From a virus: 64,000 bases of DNA. Positions within the stretch are counted from its first letter, which is position 1, and every line of letters starts with the position of its first letter. Below are positions 47,469-56,573 of this stretch, one piece after another. Where the stretch lies: positions 32,001 to 96,000 of IMG/VR virus record IMGVR_UViG_3300017917_004222, one strand, 5' to 3'. The notes beneath the pieces are model-generated. The model was not told where the DNA came from. It made no database searches and saw only the letters and a list, made by a program, of their open reading frames with translations. A program made the translations under genes and the position numbers.

Positions 47469-47600
47469 TGCATTTTGGATCCAGGCAAAAACACAGTTTG
47501 GACATAAATAATCAGTCCGCAATTGTGCGGCTTATGCTGAGATTAACACCCACAGCGTAGCGGTTAGAACCCGCATCGGGCTTCTTGAAGGAGAAAACAA

Positions 47601-48305
47601 ATGGGACGTCCACTCAAAATCAAAAAAACAACCACCGTTGACATCGGTTTCAATCCGTTCAGCGCACTGACCAATCCAATCTATCCTAGCGATCCAACCA
47701 CCTTTGATGGCACAGAATATCTGGGCGTGGTGGGCGGAGCCAACGCAGGTGTGGCCACTGCAGCATATCCAGTGGTCAAGGCTCGTGCCTACATCTCAGG
47801 TGCAGCTGCCGAAGACGATGCCTACATCATCACTCAACGCGGTACAACCAAGTACTTGGTGGCCACAGTGAGCGCTGTTAACGACGAAGACATGGTTGTG
47901 GGCAACACCTACCGTATTCTGTCAGTAGGCACCACCGACTGGGCCGCATGCGGTGCCACCCGCGCCAACGCTGCCGTGGGCGATATTTTCACTGCAACTG
48001 CCGCTGGAGCCGGAACAGGCACTGTGCAGCAGGTGGGAGTTTGTGTGCTGGCCAATCAAGCCGACGGCGCACTCACTGCTGGCAACATGAATATCACATT
48101 CAGCAACGGCGACAGCACTGTTCAACGGATCAGCAAGCTGACCAACAAATTTGCACTGGACTACAGCAATCCTCCGGTGCGCTACTTGGTCAACTTCTTC
48201 AGCGATGAAGGCTACGAAATCAAGTCTGGAACATCTGGCGCCACCAACGTGTCTGGACAACAGAACCAAGTGAGCTTGGCCATTGTAGAGAAGTTTACTT
48301 CTTGA
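47601..48305 (+). CDS. Probable virion structural protein (head-associated)
   Basis: Late promoter ATAAATA at 47504-47510; AAGGAG SD; next to the capsid gene; 'MGRPLK' start. Confidence 0.6.
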   Translation: MGRPLKIKKTTTVDIGFNPFSALTNPIYPSDPTTFDGTEYLGVVGGANAGVATAAYPVVKARAYISGAAAEDDAYIITQRGTTKYLVATVSAVNDEDMVVGNTYRILSVGTTDWAACGATRANAAVGDIFTATAAGAGTGTVQQVGVCVLANQADGALTAGNMNITFSNGDSTVQRISKLTNKFALDYSNPPVRYLVNFFSDEGYEIKSGTSGATNVSGQQNQVSLAIVEKFTS

Positions 48306-48325
48306 TCATTTGATTGAGCCACACG

Positions 48326-48358
48326 GTCCTCCCAGCTAATTACTGGGAGGACTTTTTT
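48326..48358 (+). terminator. Terminator hairpin that also occludes the next SD; TAATTA in its loop
   Basis: GTCCTCCCAG-CTAATTA-CTGGGAGGAC then T6, then ATG at 48359. Confidence 0.7.
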
Positions 48359-48946
48359 ATGAGCATGGCATTTGTATTGGGCAATGGCGTTAGTCGTCGT
48401 GCAGTTGATCCTGCAGCATTACTGGATTTGGCACCAGTTTACGGCTGCAACGCACTGTATCGGGATTTTGTGCCCACGGCCTTGGTGGCTACAGATCGTC
48501 CCATTGCTGAACAAATACAGAATTCGGGGTACAGTGCCCAGCATCGTTTCCACACTCGCAAGCCTTTGCCTGGTCTGGGTGCACTGGATGTGCCTCGCAA
48601 ATACTATGGATTCAGTTCAGGACCATTGGCTGTGGGCATCGCAGCTGGTGACGGATTTTCGGTGATCTACATGTTGGGGTTTGACATGGGCCCAACTGCA
48701 GTGGGACGATTCAACAACATCTATGCCGACACTGAGTTTTACAAACGCAGCGCTGACCTGCCCACATACACTGGAAACTGGACTCGACAGGTGATCACAC
48801 TGTGCCAGGACTTTTCGCAAACCCAATTCATTCGAGTTCAAGGCGAGACCACAGCAGACATCGCCGAGTTCCGCGGCATACCAAATCTAGCACACCTGCC
48901 CATGCAAGATTTCCAACAGCGCTTGGCCGCACGCCACGGTCTCTAA
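48359..48946 (+). CDS. Rossmann-like transferase of the DUF115/Maf/sialyltransferase type
   Basis: 'AFVLGNG.SR', 'YGCNALYRDF.P..LVATD', 'SSG..A', 'IYMLGFD'; start reassigned to the ATG at 48359. Confidence 0.55.
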   Translation: MSMAFVLGNGVSRRAVDPAALLDLAPVYGCNALYRDFVPTALVATDRPIAEQIQNSGYSAQHRFHTRKPLPGLGALDVPRKYYGFSSGPLAVGIAAGDGFSVIYMLGFDMGPTAVGRFNNIYADTEFYKRSADLPTYTGNWTRQVITLCQDFSQTQFIRVQGETTADIAEFRGIPNLAHLPMQDFQQRLAARHGL

Positions 48947-49008
48947 CCGCAGCCCAAAAGTTTAGTCTGCATCCTTTGATAAATACTCCAGAGGATCCAG
49001 ATTGAACC

Positions 49009-50169
49009 ATGACTCAAATTATTATCAATGTCGGTGAAATAGCCAATGATGGCACTGGTGAAGCCTTACGAGATGCATTTGTTGCGGTAAACGAGAACTT
49101 TACCGAAGTCTACACAGCCGGGCCAGTTGGCAGCAACGTTCGAATTGCCAACAACACCATCACCACCACTGTGGTCAATCAAGATCTTGTGTTGCGTCCC
49201 AACGGTATTGGCAACATACAAGCCAACGCCACCATCATGCCAGCACTGGACGGGGTGTACGACATTGGCCGCCCCAATCGACGATTTGACAGCATACATG
49301 CCGCTTACTTTTACGGCAACGGTGCGGGCATCACTGGACTGACGACTGGTGGCTTGGCCAACGGCACCACCACACTGAACACAGCATTCAACGGCAACAT
49401 CACTTTCAACATCAGCGGCGTGCCCAACGTTGCTGTGTTTTCGGCTAATGCTGTGTTGATCAACACTGGCTTGACAGTAACTGGCAACTTACAAGCCAAC
49501 AGCTTTGTGGGCAATGGTAGTCAGTTGACCGATGTTGATGCTGTGAGCATCAGCAGCGGAAACAGCAGTGTGCAATTTGACCAGGCCAACGGCAATGTCA
49601 ATATCAGTGTGCACGGCACAGCCAACGTGGTCACAGTCACGCCCAGTGGACTACAGGTACAAGGTAATCTTGTTGCTGGCAACATCATTGGCAATATCAC
49701 AGGTAATCTTGCAATATCGGGTGCCAACACCGGAGTGCTGTTCAACGACAGCGGTGTAGCCAACGCGGTGCCTGGCTTGTTGTTTGACAAGAACTCGGGC
49801 AATCTAACCGCTGCAGGCAACATTGCCGGCAACTATCTAGTGGGCAACGGTGTGGCCATTTTGGGAGTGTTGGCAGACCGTGGCAGCGATCCCAATAATT
49901 GGAACACCCTGACCCAAATGGGGGTGTATGCGGTAAATAGAACAAGTTGGGCTGGAACCATTGGCACACCAATCGACAGTCAGATATATGTTGGGTTACT
50001 GGAAGTCAAAAACAGTACCGGAAATGCATTGCAACAGACCTTTTACCCTGGACAGTACCAGTCGGGGGATGTCAAGACGCAATGGAATCGATCAAACTGG
50101 GCTGGATCATGGACCAGTTGGATCAAGGTGGTCAATGATGACCAAGTAGTTATAGGTGGGGAATTTTGA
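49009..50169 (+). CDS. Fibre protein with a gp9/gp10-like N-terminus and knob-like C-terminus
   Basis: 'INVG..ANDGTGEALRDAF..VNENF'; C-terminal 'WNTLTQMGVY...GLLEV...W.R..W...WTSW'; TAAATA at 48980-48985. Confidence 0.7.
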   Translation: MTQIIINVGEIANDGTGEALRDAFVAVNENFTEVYTAGPVGSNVRIANNTITTTVVNQDLVLRPNGIGNIQANATIMPALDGVYDIGRPNRRFDSIHAAYFYGNGAGITGLTTGGLANGTTTLNTAFNGNITFNISGVPNVAVFSANAVLINTGLTVTGNLQANSFVGNGSQLTDVDAVSISSGNSSVQFDQANGNVNISVHGTANVVTVTPSGLQVQGNLVAGNIIGNITGNLAISGANTGVLFNDSGVANAVPGLLFDKNSGNLTAAGNIAGNYLVGNGVAILGVLADRGSDPNNWNTLTQMGVYAVNRTSWAGTIGTPIDSQIYVGLLEVKNSTGNALQQTFYPGQYQSGDVKTQWNRSNWAGSWTSWIKVVNDDQVVIGGEF

Positions 50170-50191
50170 CCAAGTTGGTCGGAGATAAATT

Positions 50192-52879
50192 ATGTCAAAT
50201 ACAATTTTAATTAAGCGATCAGGCACACCAGGCGCCGCTCCAGCAGCTGGCAACATAGCCTATGGTGAACTGGCGATTAACTATGCCGACGGCAACTTGT
50301 TTTTCAAGAACAGTCTTGATTCTGTAACTGTAATTGCCAGCACACAGTTTGTGAACGTGACTGGCAACGTGTCGGGTGGCAACGTCACCACCACAGGTGT
50401 TGTGACTGCAACTGGTAATGTAACAGGTGGCAACATTATCAGCTTGGGCACAGTGGCTGCAACTGGCAACGTGTCGGGCAACTACTTCCTGGGCAACGGG
50501 CGATTCCTAACAGGTATTGACACCACACTGATCAGCAACGGCAACAGCAGTGTTCAAACACTGTCCAATGCCAATATCACAGTAAATCCTGCAGGCACAG
50601 CCAATGTGGCGGTGTTTGCCAGCACAGGCGCATATGTCACAGGTGTTGTTGATGTCACTGGCAACATTGTGGCCAGCGGCAATGCATCAGCCAACAACCT
50701 TTCGATATCCAATGCAGCCGCTGTGGGTACTCTGACATCTACTGGCAACATCACAGCTGGTGCAGGCGCTTACTTTATCGGTGATGGTAGCCTGTTGACC
50801 GGTATCGACGCCACATTGATCAGCAACGGAAATGCGTCGGTACAAACCCTGAACAATGCCAACGTGGAAATCAAAGCCGGTGCGAACGGCAACATTTCTG
50901 CAGTTTTCTATGATGGCGGGGCAACTGTTACTGGCAACGTTGCAGCAACTGGTATTTTGACCAACAACTATTACTATGCCAACGGTACCCCAGTTGATTT
51001 CCAGCAAGCAGCAGGATCCAACACACAAATTCAGTTCAACTCCAACAACAACTTTGGTGCCAGCGCTGCATTTACATTTGATTCTGCAAGCAATGTTTTG
51101 AGTGTGGGCGGCACCGCCAACGTGACTGGCAACGTCAATGCTGGCAATGTCAATGCTGGTATTGTGGCTGCTACCGCAGTGTCTGCAACTGGCAACATTA
51201 GTGGTGGCAACATCTCTACCGCTGGCACTGCCAGCGCAGCAACACTCAGCGCAACTGGCAACATTAGTGGCGGTAATATTGCAGTGACTGGCGCAGCCAG
51301 CGCAGCAACACTCAGCGCAACTGGCAACATTAGTGGTGGCAACATCTCTACCGCTGGCGAAGTCAGTACAGCTACACTCACAGTGTCGGGCGCAACCAAC
51401 GCCAACACCATTGCTGCCAACAGCATCACAGTATCGGGCAACATCCAGAGCAACAACACTGTGTTGGCCAACAGCATCACCAGCGTGAGTGGTGCACTCA
51501 CAATTGCACCAGCATCGGGCAACATCAACTTGTTCACAGCCAATGTGGGCGCAGTGGTGCTGCAAGACAACCGAATCACTGGCCTGGCCACTCCTACCTT
51601 TGCAACTGATGCAGTGACCAAACAGTATGTGGACGATGCGGTATCGACTGGCATCACCATCCACACTCCAGTGCGTGTGGAAACACCCACAGCACTGACA
51701 CCTGTGACATATGCACAAGGTGGCACAGTGGCCACAGTGACTGCAGTTATTTCTCCCAACACAGTCACCGTCAGCGGCAGTACACCCACAGTGAATGACC
51801 AGTATTGGTTTGCCAACACCTTCAACGGCATCCTGGCCAACACCTCTTACTTTGTGGTGGGCGTGAGCGGGCAAGATGCCACACTGAGCCGATCGTACGG
51901 CGGCGCACCTGTGACGAACTTGACTTCGGGAACCAGTCTCACACAGAGCGTGCGAGTCAACTCAGGCGTGGGCGCCACACTCACCAGCAACACCAACGGT
52001 GCACTGGTTGTGGACGGTGTGACCTTGAGCACAAACGATCGTGTGCTGGTATACAATCAGACTCCAGCATACCAAAACGGTGTGTATGTGGTTACTGATG
52101 CAGGTTCGGTCAGCACACCCTGGGTCTTGACACGTGCCACCGATGCCGACAGTTACATCCCCGACAACATCACCGGCATGGACTCGGGCGACTACTTCTT
52201 TGTTCAGCAAGGTGTTACTGGTGCAGGCGAAAGCTATGTGCTCACTGCACCTCCGGGACCAATCCTTATCGGTTACGACTCGATTACATATACCCAGTTC
52301 AGCGCCAGCCAGGTGTACAGCGCCGGCAGCGGTATTGCACTAACTGGTACCACATTCTCGGCCAACGTTGACAACGTCACCACAGCTATTGTGAGCGGCA
52401 ACATTGTGGTCAAAGCTAGTGCACAGCTGACCACTCCCAATATTGGTGCTGCAACCGGTACCAGCTTGAACGTTACCGGATCAGTCACAGCCACCAGCGT
52501 GGATGCAGGTTCGGGCAACATTGCAACCACTGGTAATGTGCTGGCTGGTACAGTAACTGCTACCACAGTGTCTTCGGGCACAGTGACAGCTTCGGGTAAT
52601 GTTGCTGGCGGAAATCTTACCACAGCAGGCCAAGTAGCCGCAACTGGCAACATCACTGGTGGCAATATTGCAACCACTGGCACAGCCAACGTGGCAACGC
52701 TGATTGTGACCACGGTGGCCAATATCACATCAACAACTCCCAGCTCAAATACCACCACAGGTGCGTTGATTGTGGCAGGTGGTTTGGGTGTAGCAGGCAA
52801 CATTTATGCTGGTGCACTGTATGACAACGGCACAGCGGTATTAACTATCAACTCGATTGTGGACGGTGGTACATACTAA
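50192..52879 (+). CDS. Long fibre protein (Mtd-N-like N-terminus)
   Basis: 'ILIKRS...P....I.YGELAINY.DG.LFFK'; ATGNISGGN repeats; 'DAVTKQYVD'; 66-bp tandem units near 51185-51360. Confidence 0.7.
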   Translation: MSNTILIKRSGTPGAAPAAGNIAYGELAINYADGNLFFKNSLDSVTVIASTQFVNVTGNVSGGNVTTTGVVTATGNVTGGNIISLGTVAATGNVSGNYFLGNGRFLTGIDTTLISNGNSSVQTLSNANITVNPAGTANVAVFASTGAYVTGVVDVTGNIVASGNASANNLSISNAAAVGTLTSTGNITAGAGAYFIGDGSLLTGIDATLISNGNASVQTLNNANVEIKAGANGNISAVFYDGGATVTGNVAATGILTNNYYYANGTPVDFQQAAGSNTQIQFNSNNNFGASAAFTFDSASNVLSVGGTANVTGNVNAGNVNAGIVAATAVSATGNISGGNISTAGTASAATLSATGNISGGNIAVTGAASAATLSATGNISGGNISTAGEVSTATLTVSGATNANTIAANSITVSGNIQSNNTVLANSITSVSGALTIAPASGNINLFTANVGAVVLQDNRITGLATPTFATDAVTKQYVDDAVSTGITIHTPVRVETPTALTPVTYAQGGTVATVTAVISPNTVTVSGSTPTVNDQYWFANTFNGILANTSYFVVGVSGQDATLSRSYGGAPVTNLTSGTSLTQSVRVNSGVGATLTSNTNGALVVDGVTLSTNDRVLVYNQTPAYQNGVYVVTDAGSVSTPWVLTRATDADSYIPDNITGMDSGDYFFVQQGVTGAGESYVLTAPPGPILIGYDSITYTQFSASQVYSAGSGIALTGTTFSANVDNVTTAIVSGNIVVKASAQLTTPNIGAATGTSLNVTGSVTATSVDAGSGNIATTGNVLAGTVTATTVSSGTVTASGNVAGGNLTTAGQVAATGNITGGNIATTGTANVATLIVTTVANITSTTPSSNTTTGALIVAGGLGVAGNIYAGALYDNGTAVLTINSIVDGGTY

Positions 52880-52893
52880 TTTAAAGACCACAC

Positions 52894-53934
52894 ATGACAA
52901 ATAGGGTACTTATAAAGCGCTCGGGAACGGCAAACGCTGTTCCTGGGGCAGCAAATCTTGAGCTGGGCGAGTTGGCCATCAACTATGCCGACGGTAACCT
53001 GTTTTACAAGGATGCTGCCGGAAACGTGGCTGTGATTGCCAGCAACCGATCTGCAGTCTACAGCGGCAACGTCACTGCACAGTATTTTATTGGCAACGGT
53101 AGCCAACTGACTGGCGTCACAGCCACTGGTTGTGTTGTGGTCAGTTCAAACTCACCTGGGTCGCCTAAAATTGGCGACATCTGGATTGATTCCGACGATG
53201 GTACTGAATACTTGTATTTCAATGATGGCACCAGCAATGTGTGGGCCGAAATGGCATCGGTCTACAGCTTCAGCTCGGGTGGCGGCGGTGCTAGTGTAGC
53301 TGGGGCAAACACTCAAGTTCAGTACAATTCCGACGGCGTGCTGGCAGCATCGGCCAACTTCACATTCAACGGGTCTAGTGTCACAGTTTCGGGCAACATC
53401 AATGGCGGAAATCTAGTCACTGCAGGCGCTGTAACAGCCACAGGCAACGTGTCTGGTGGCAACATCATCACCGCAGGCGCAGTATCAGCAACAGGCAACG
53501 TCACTGGCAACTACTTCATTGGCAATGGCTCACAACTGACTGGTATAGTTTCCAGCGCATATTCGGCCCAGTACACCCTTACTGCCACAACCTCTAACAA
53601 CACCGAAACCGAAGCGTTTGTAGGCGGAGTAGCTGGGACCAGAATCCCTGTACCGCTCAACACAACCGTTTATTACACAGCCGACATCGCCTGCCGCAGA
53701 ACTGATACAGCAGGAGATCATGCAGCATGGTTCCTCAAAGGTGTGGCCACCAACAACGCAGGCAACGTGACCGACGTGGGCTCGTTGTATGAAGTGATTG
53801 TGTCACGAACAGACACATCATTGACCGTGGATTTGCGAGCCGACAACACCAATGACAGCGTGGGTGTGTTTGTGACTGGTGCAACGGGTAAAACACTGTC
53901 GTGGCGTGTTGCAATAACTACAGTGGAGGTATAA
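52894..53934 (+). CDS. Fibre protein paralogue with the same N-terminal domain
   Basis: 'VLIKRSGT..AVP....L.LGELAINYADGNLFYK'; 'GDIWIDSDDG'. Confidence 0.7.
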   Translation: MTNRVLIKRSGTANAVPGAANLELGELAINYADGNLFYKDAAGNVAVIASNRSAVYSGNVTAQYFIGNGSQLTGVTATGCVVVSSNSPGSPKIGDIWIDSDDGTEYLYFNDGTSNVWAEMASVYSFSSGGGGASVAGANTQVQYNSDGVLAASANFTFNGSSVTVSGNINGGNLVTAGAVTATGNVSGGNIITAGAVSATGNVTGNYFIGNGSQLTGIVSSAYSAQYTLTATTSNNTETEAFVGGVAGTRIPVPLNTTVYYTADIACRRTDTAGDHAAWFLKGVATNNAGNVTDVGSLYEVIVSRTDTSLTVDLRADNTNDSVGVFVTGATGKTLSWRVAITTVEV

Positions 53935-53935
53935 C

Positions 53936-54409
53936 ATGCCAAGAACAAGAAGTGTGCTGGTTGACAACACAATCGGACGAATTTTTAGAAACGTGACCAC
54001 AGTTGCACAAGCCAGTGCAGCCAGTGTGATTGCAGGTGACCGTTTGACCACACGATCCATTGGGTCTGGGCAAGCCGCATTGATAAAAATTGCCAACAAC
54101 ATCGGTGGCAAGGGTTTGTTTTTTGTTACAGGTGCGTCTGTGACTCAGTTGCGAGTAAGTTTGATTCGTGCTCCGCGTGGGCGCGATGCATTGATCCAAG
54201 TGCGCAAAGGTCTCACGTATGCCACCTCTACCACAGTTGGAGAACCATACGCTATTCCTGCTGGCAATGTCAATGTTGCAGCCACAGCCACTTATACCGT
54301 TGCTATTACTCTAGCAGCTGGCGAATCGTTGTATTTCGATGTGGTTCAAGTGGGCAGTATGTTCGCCGGCACCGGGTTAACAGTCACTGTGAACCTTTAT
54401 ACAGTATAA
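53936..54409 (+). CDS. Hypothetical beta-rich virion protein
   Basis: GGAGG SD; tightly packed in the fibre cluster. Confidence 0.6.
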   Translation: MPRTRSVLVDNTIGRIFRNVTTVAQASAASVIAGDRLTTRSIGSGQAALIKIANNIGGKGLFFVTGASVTQLRVSLIRAPRGRDALIQVRKGLTYATSTTVGEPYAIPAGNVNVAATATYTVAITLAAGESLYFDVVQVGSMFAGTGLTVTVNLYTV

Positions 54410-54412
54410 AAC

Positions 54413-54601
54413 ATGGAACAACAACTCAAACAACATTTTGGCGACGTTGACATTTACCGCTTCAATGGGCACCGCAGCCGCATTGGGGAATTGGGTATCG
54501 CTGTCAACTACGTGATTGTAGAAAACGAAATCTACTTTGTATCCGAACAAGTCAGTACCGACATTCGTGTTGAACTTGTGTATCCGAAAGGAACTGAATA
54601 A
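54413..54601 (+). CDS. Hypothetical protein (62 aa)
   Basis: Fills the gap exactly; TAATG coupling to the next gene. Confidence 0.55.
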   Translation: MEQQLKQHFGDVDIYRFNGHRSRIGELGIAVNYVIVENEIYFVSEQVSTDIRVELVYPKGTE

Positions 54602-55629
54602 TGTATGCAAAACTCGTGGTAGGCGCAACTGCCATCAACGTGCATCAAGCCATGCGAGACATTGGCCGCTTGATCACATCTGAAACTCCATCAACTGCCC
54701 TGCTGGGCGCATTCAGTCAAGTCAACTCGGTGATTGTGGATGACACCCCAGCAGGCTGGACCTATGTGGGCAGTGTGAGTGCAGATGATCGTCCCACCAT
54801 AGCCGCGGTGGGCGCAGCCATCAACTATACCATTGATACCCACTGGAATCTGGCATTTTCAGCCCCGTGCCTGGAAGGAGAAGCCCTCAAGTACATGACA
54901 CTGAACGTGGCCTGGCGCGGACTCACTGCCAATAACAACCGCAACTTTACCATGACTGGTGCAGAGAGCGTGACTTCATTGGGTGTGGCCACTAACGAAG
55001 GCGGACGATACTTTTGGGGTTCTGCCGAAGGTGTAACCGAGCCAGACGCAGTGTCGCTACAGACCACAGCAGGATCTATCATTCATGTGATTGCCACACC
55101 GCGACATGTGACTTTGATCAATGAAGGTCGTGGCATGCAGGCCATCTGGGAAACCACCATGACTGATGTGCATCGTTTTTACGGTACAGCACCTTTTGTG
55201 CATTTTAGCAATGCCAGCAGCGTGACTGGCTTGGCCGGTGCAATCATCCCCACAGTGCAGACCACTGCAGCGGCCAACTCATTCCATGCCACTGTGTTTG
55301 CAATTACTGATCTAACCACAAGCACATTGTATGGCACATACGGCCCCACAGTGAATGACACACTGAATCAGACCTACTTCCGTCAGCAGTCGTCGAGTCT
55401 GCGTCGAGCCACAATCTCTGATACCGGAGCACCGCGATACCAAATCAGTCCATGCTTTTTCCAACTGGGCAACTTTGGGTATCCTACCCAATACGTCACC
55501 GGAGTGGTGCCCATGTACTGGACTGCTCCACAAATAGGAACCACTGGCGACACAATTGACATCAATGGCGACAGTTACACATTTTTCAACTCCGGCACCA
55601 TATTTGGTGTTGCAATGAAGACTTCGTAA
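54601..55629 (+). CDS. Hypothetical virion protein (342 aa)
   Basis: AAGGA SD; C-terminal 'GDTIDINGDSYTFF'. Confidence 0.6.
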   Translation: MYAKLVVGATAINVHQAMRDIGRLITSETPSTALLGAFSQVNSVIVDDTPAGWTYVGSVSADDRPTIAAVGAAINYTIDTHWNLAFSAPCLEGEALKYMTLNVAWRGLTANNNRNFTMTGAESVTSLGVATNEGGRYFWGSAEGVTEPDAVSLQTTAGSIIHVIATPRHVTLINEGRGMQAIWETTMTDVHRFYGTAPFVHFSNASSVTGLAGAIIPTVQTTAAANSFHATVFAITDLTTSTLYGTYGPTVNDTLNQTYFRQQSSSLRRATISDTGAPRYQISPCFFQLGNFGYPTQYVTGVVPMYWTAPQIGTTGDTIDINGDSYTFFNSGTIFGVAMKTS

Positions 55630-55631
55630 TC

Positions 55632-56546
55632 ATGGCCACCAACGCAGGACTTGTTTCATACATCAACTCTCTATCGCCAGCTGTGTACTGGCGACTGGAC
55701 GAAGCCAGCGGCACCTCTTTTGCGCAAACTGGTTCCAGCACAGCTGGGGCCATGACCGCATCGGGCACAGTCACTGCCAGCGACGCCACACTGATCCCAG
55801 GCGATGCAACAGAGTTTGTGACGTTCGGGGTAGGTGGGTATGCCAGCGCAGCTCGCGGCAACATCACAGTGCCCTTGACTGACGTGACCATTTCCTACTT
55901 GATTCGTTTCTATCCGCCCTACACTTCCTCGGCCAACATCTTTGCACTGAGTCTCATGGGCTCAGGCGACTCGTCGTCAACCACCAACGTGCAGACCTAT
56001 CAGTATTTCACACCCACCACCGGCATATTCAACGAAATCATGGAATATGGCACAGGTGTGAACGAGTTGATTGAATCCATCAGCCCCATGGATCCAAGAT
56101 TTGCGGTGAATGGCATTGACAACACTTTCATGATCACAACTGTGCGCAACAGCGTGGCCAAGCAACTGTCTACCTATGTGAATGGTGTGCTGTTTGACCG
56201 TCAAACATATGTCAACAATGCCACAGGCGGTACTGCAGCAGGTGTGGTATGGAGTCTAGGCAACAACACCGCTGTTGGTATTGCAGCTGGCGGCAGTGCT
56301 ACCAGCATGGGTCATGTGTGTGTGTTTACTCGATTGTTGAGTGAGCAAGAAATCCGTGACATGGCAGATGCCGCCGGACGTTTGGATGCCAGCCCAGGCC
56401 AGTTGAGATTTGACATGTCTGCAGCAACGGGCCCAGCAAGCAATTTCCTTGAAACCAATGTAGTCAAAACCTTACTGTGTGCAGTTGATCCGTTGGTGGA
56501 CATCAGTGTGGCATTTCCGAGCGAAGCCTACACAACCGAAGAATAA
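55632..56546 (+). CDS. LamG/concanavalin-A-like lectin-domain protein
   Basis: 'P.VYWRLDEASGT', 'TYVNGVL', 'VFTRLLSEQEI'. Confidence 0.65.
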   Translation: MATNAGLVSYINSLSPAVYWRLDEASGTSFAQTGSSTAGAMTASGTVTASDATLIPGDATEFVTFGVGGYASAARGNITVPLTDVTISYLIRFYPPYTSSANIFALSLMGSGDSSSTTNVQTYQYFTPTTGIFNEIMEYGTGVNELIESISPMDPRFAVNGIDNTFMITTVRNSVAKQLSTYVNGVLFDRQTYVNNATGGTAAGVVWSLGNNTAVGIAAGGSATSMGHVCVFTRLLSEQEIRDMADAAGRLDASPGQLRFDMSAATGPASNFLETNVVKTLLCAVDPLVDISVAFPSEAYTTEE

Positions 56547-56573
56547 ATACAAGATCAACAACGGTAACACAGT

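Noticed and set aside
48314-48358. ORF-track TTG start for the transferase-like gene
   Set aside because: It runs through a terminator hairpin; the ATG at 48359 has a GGAGG SD
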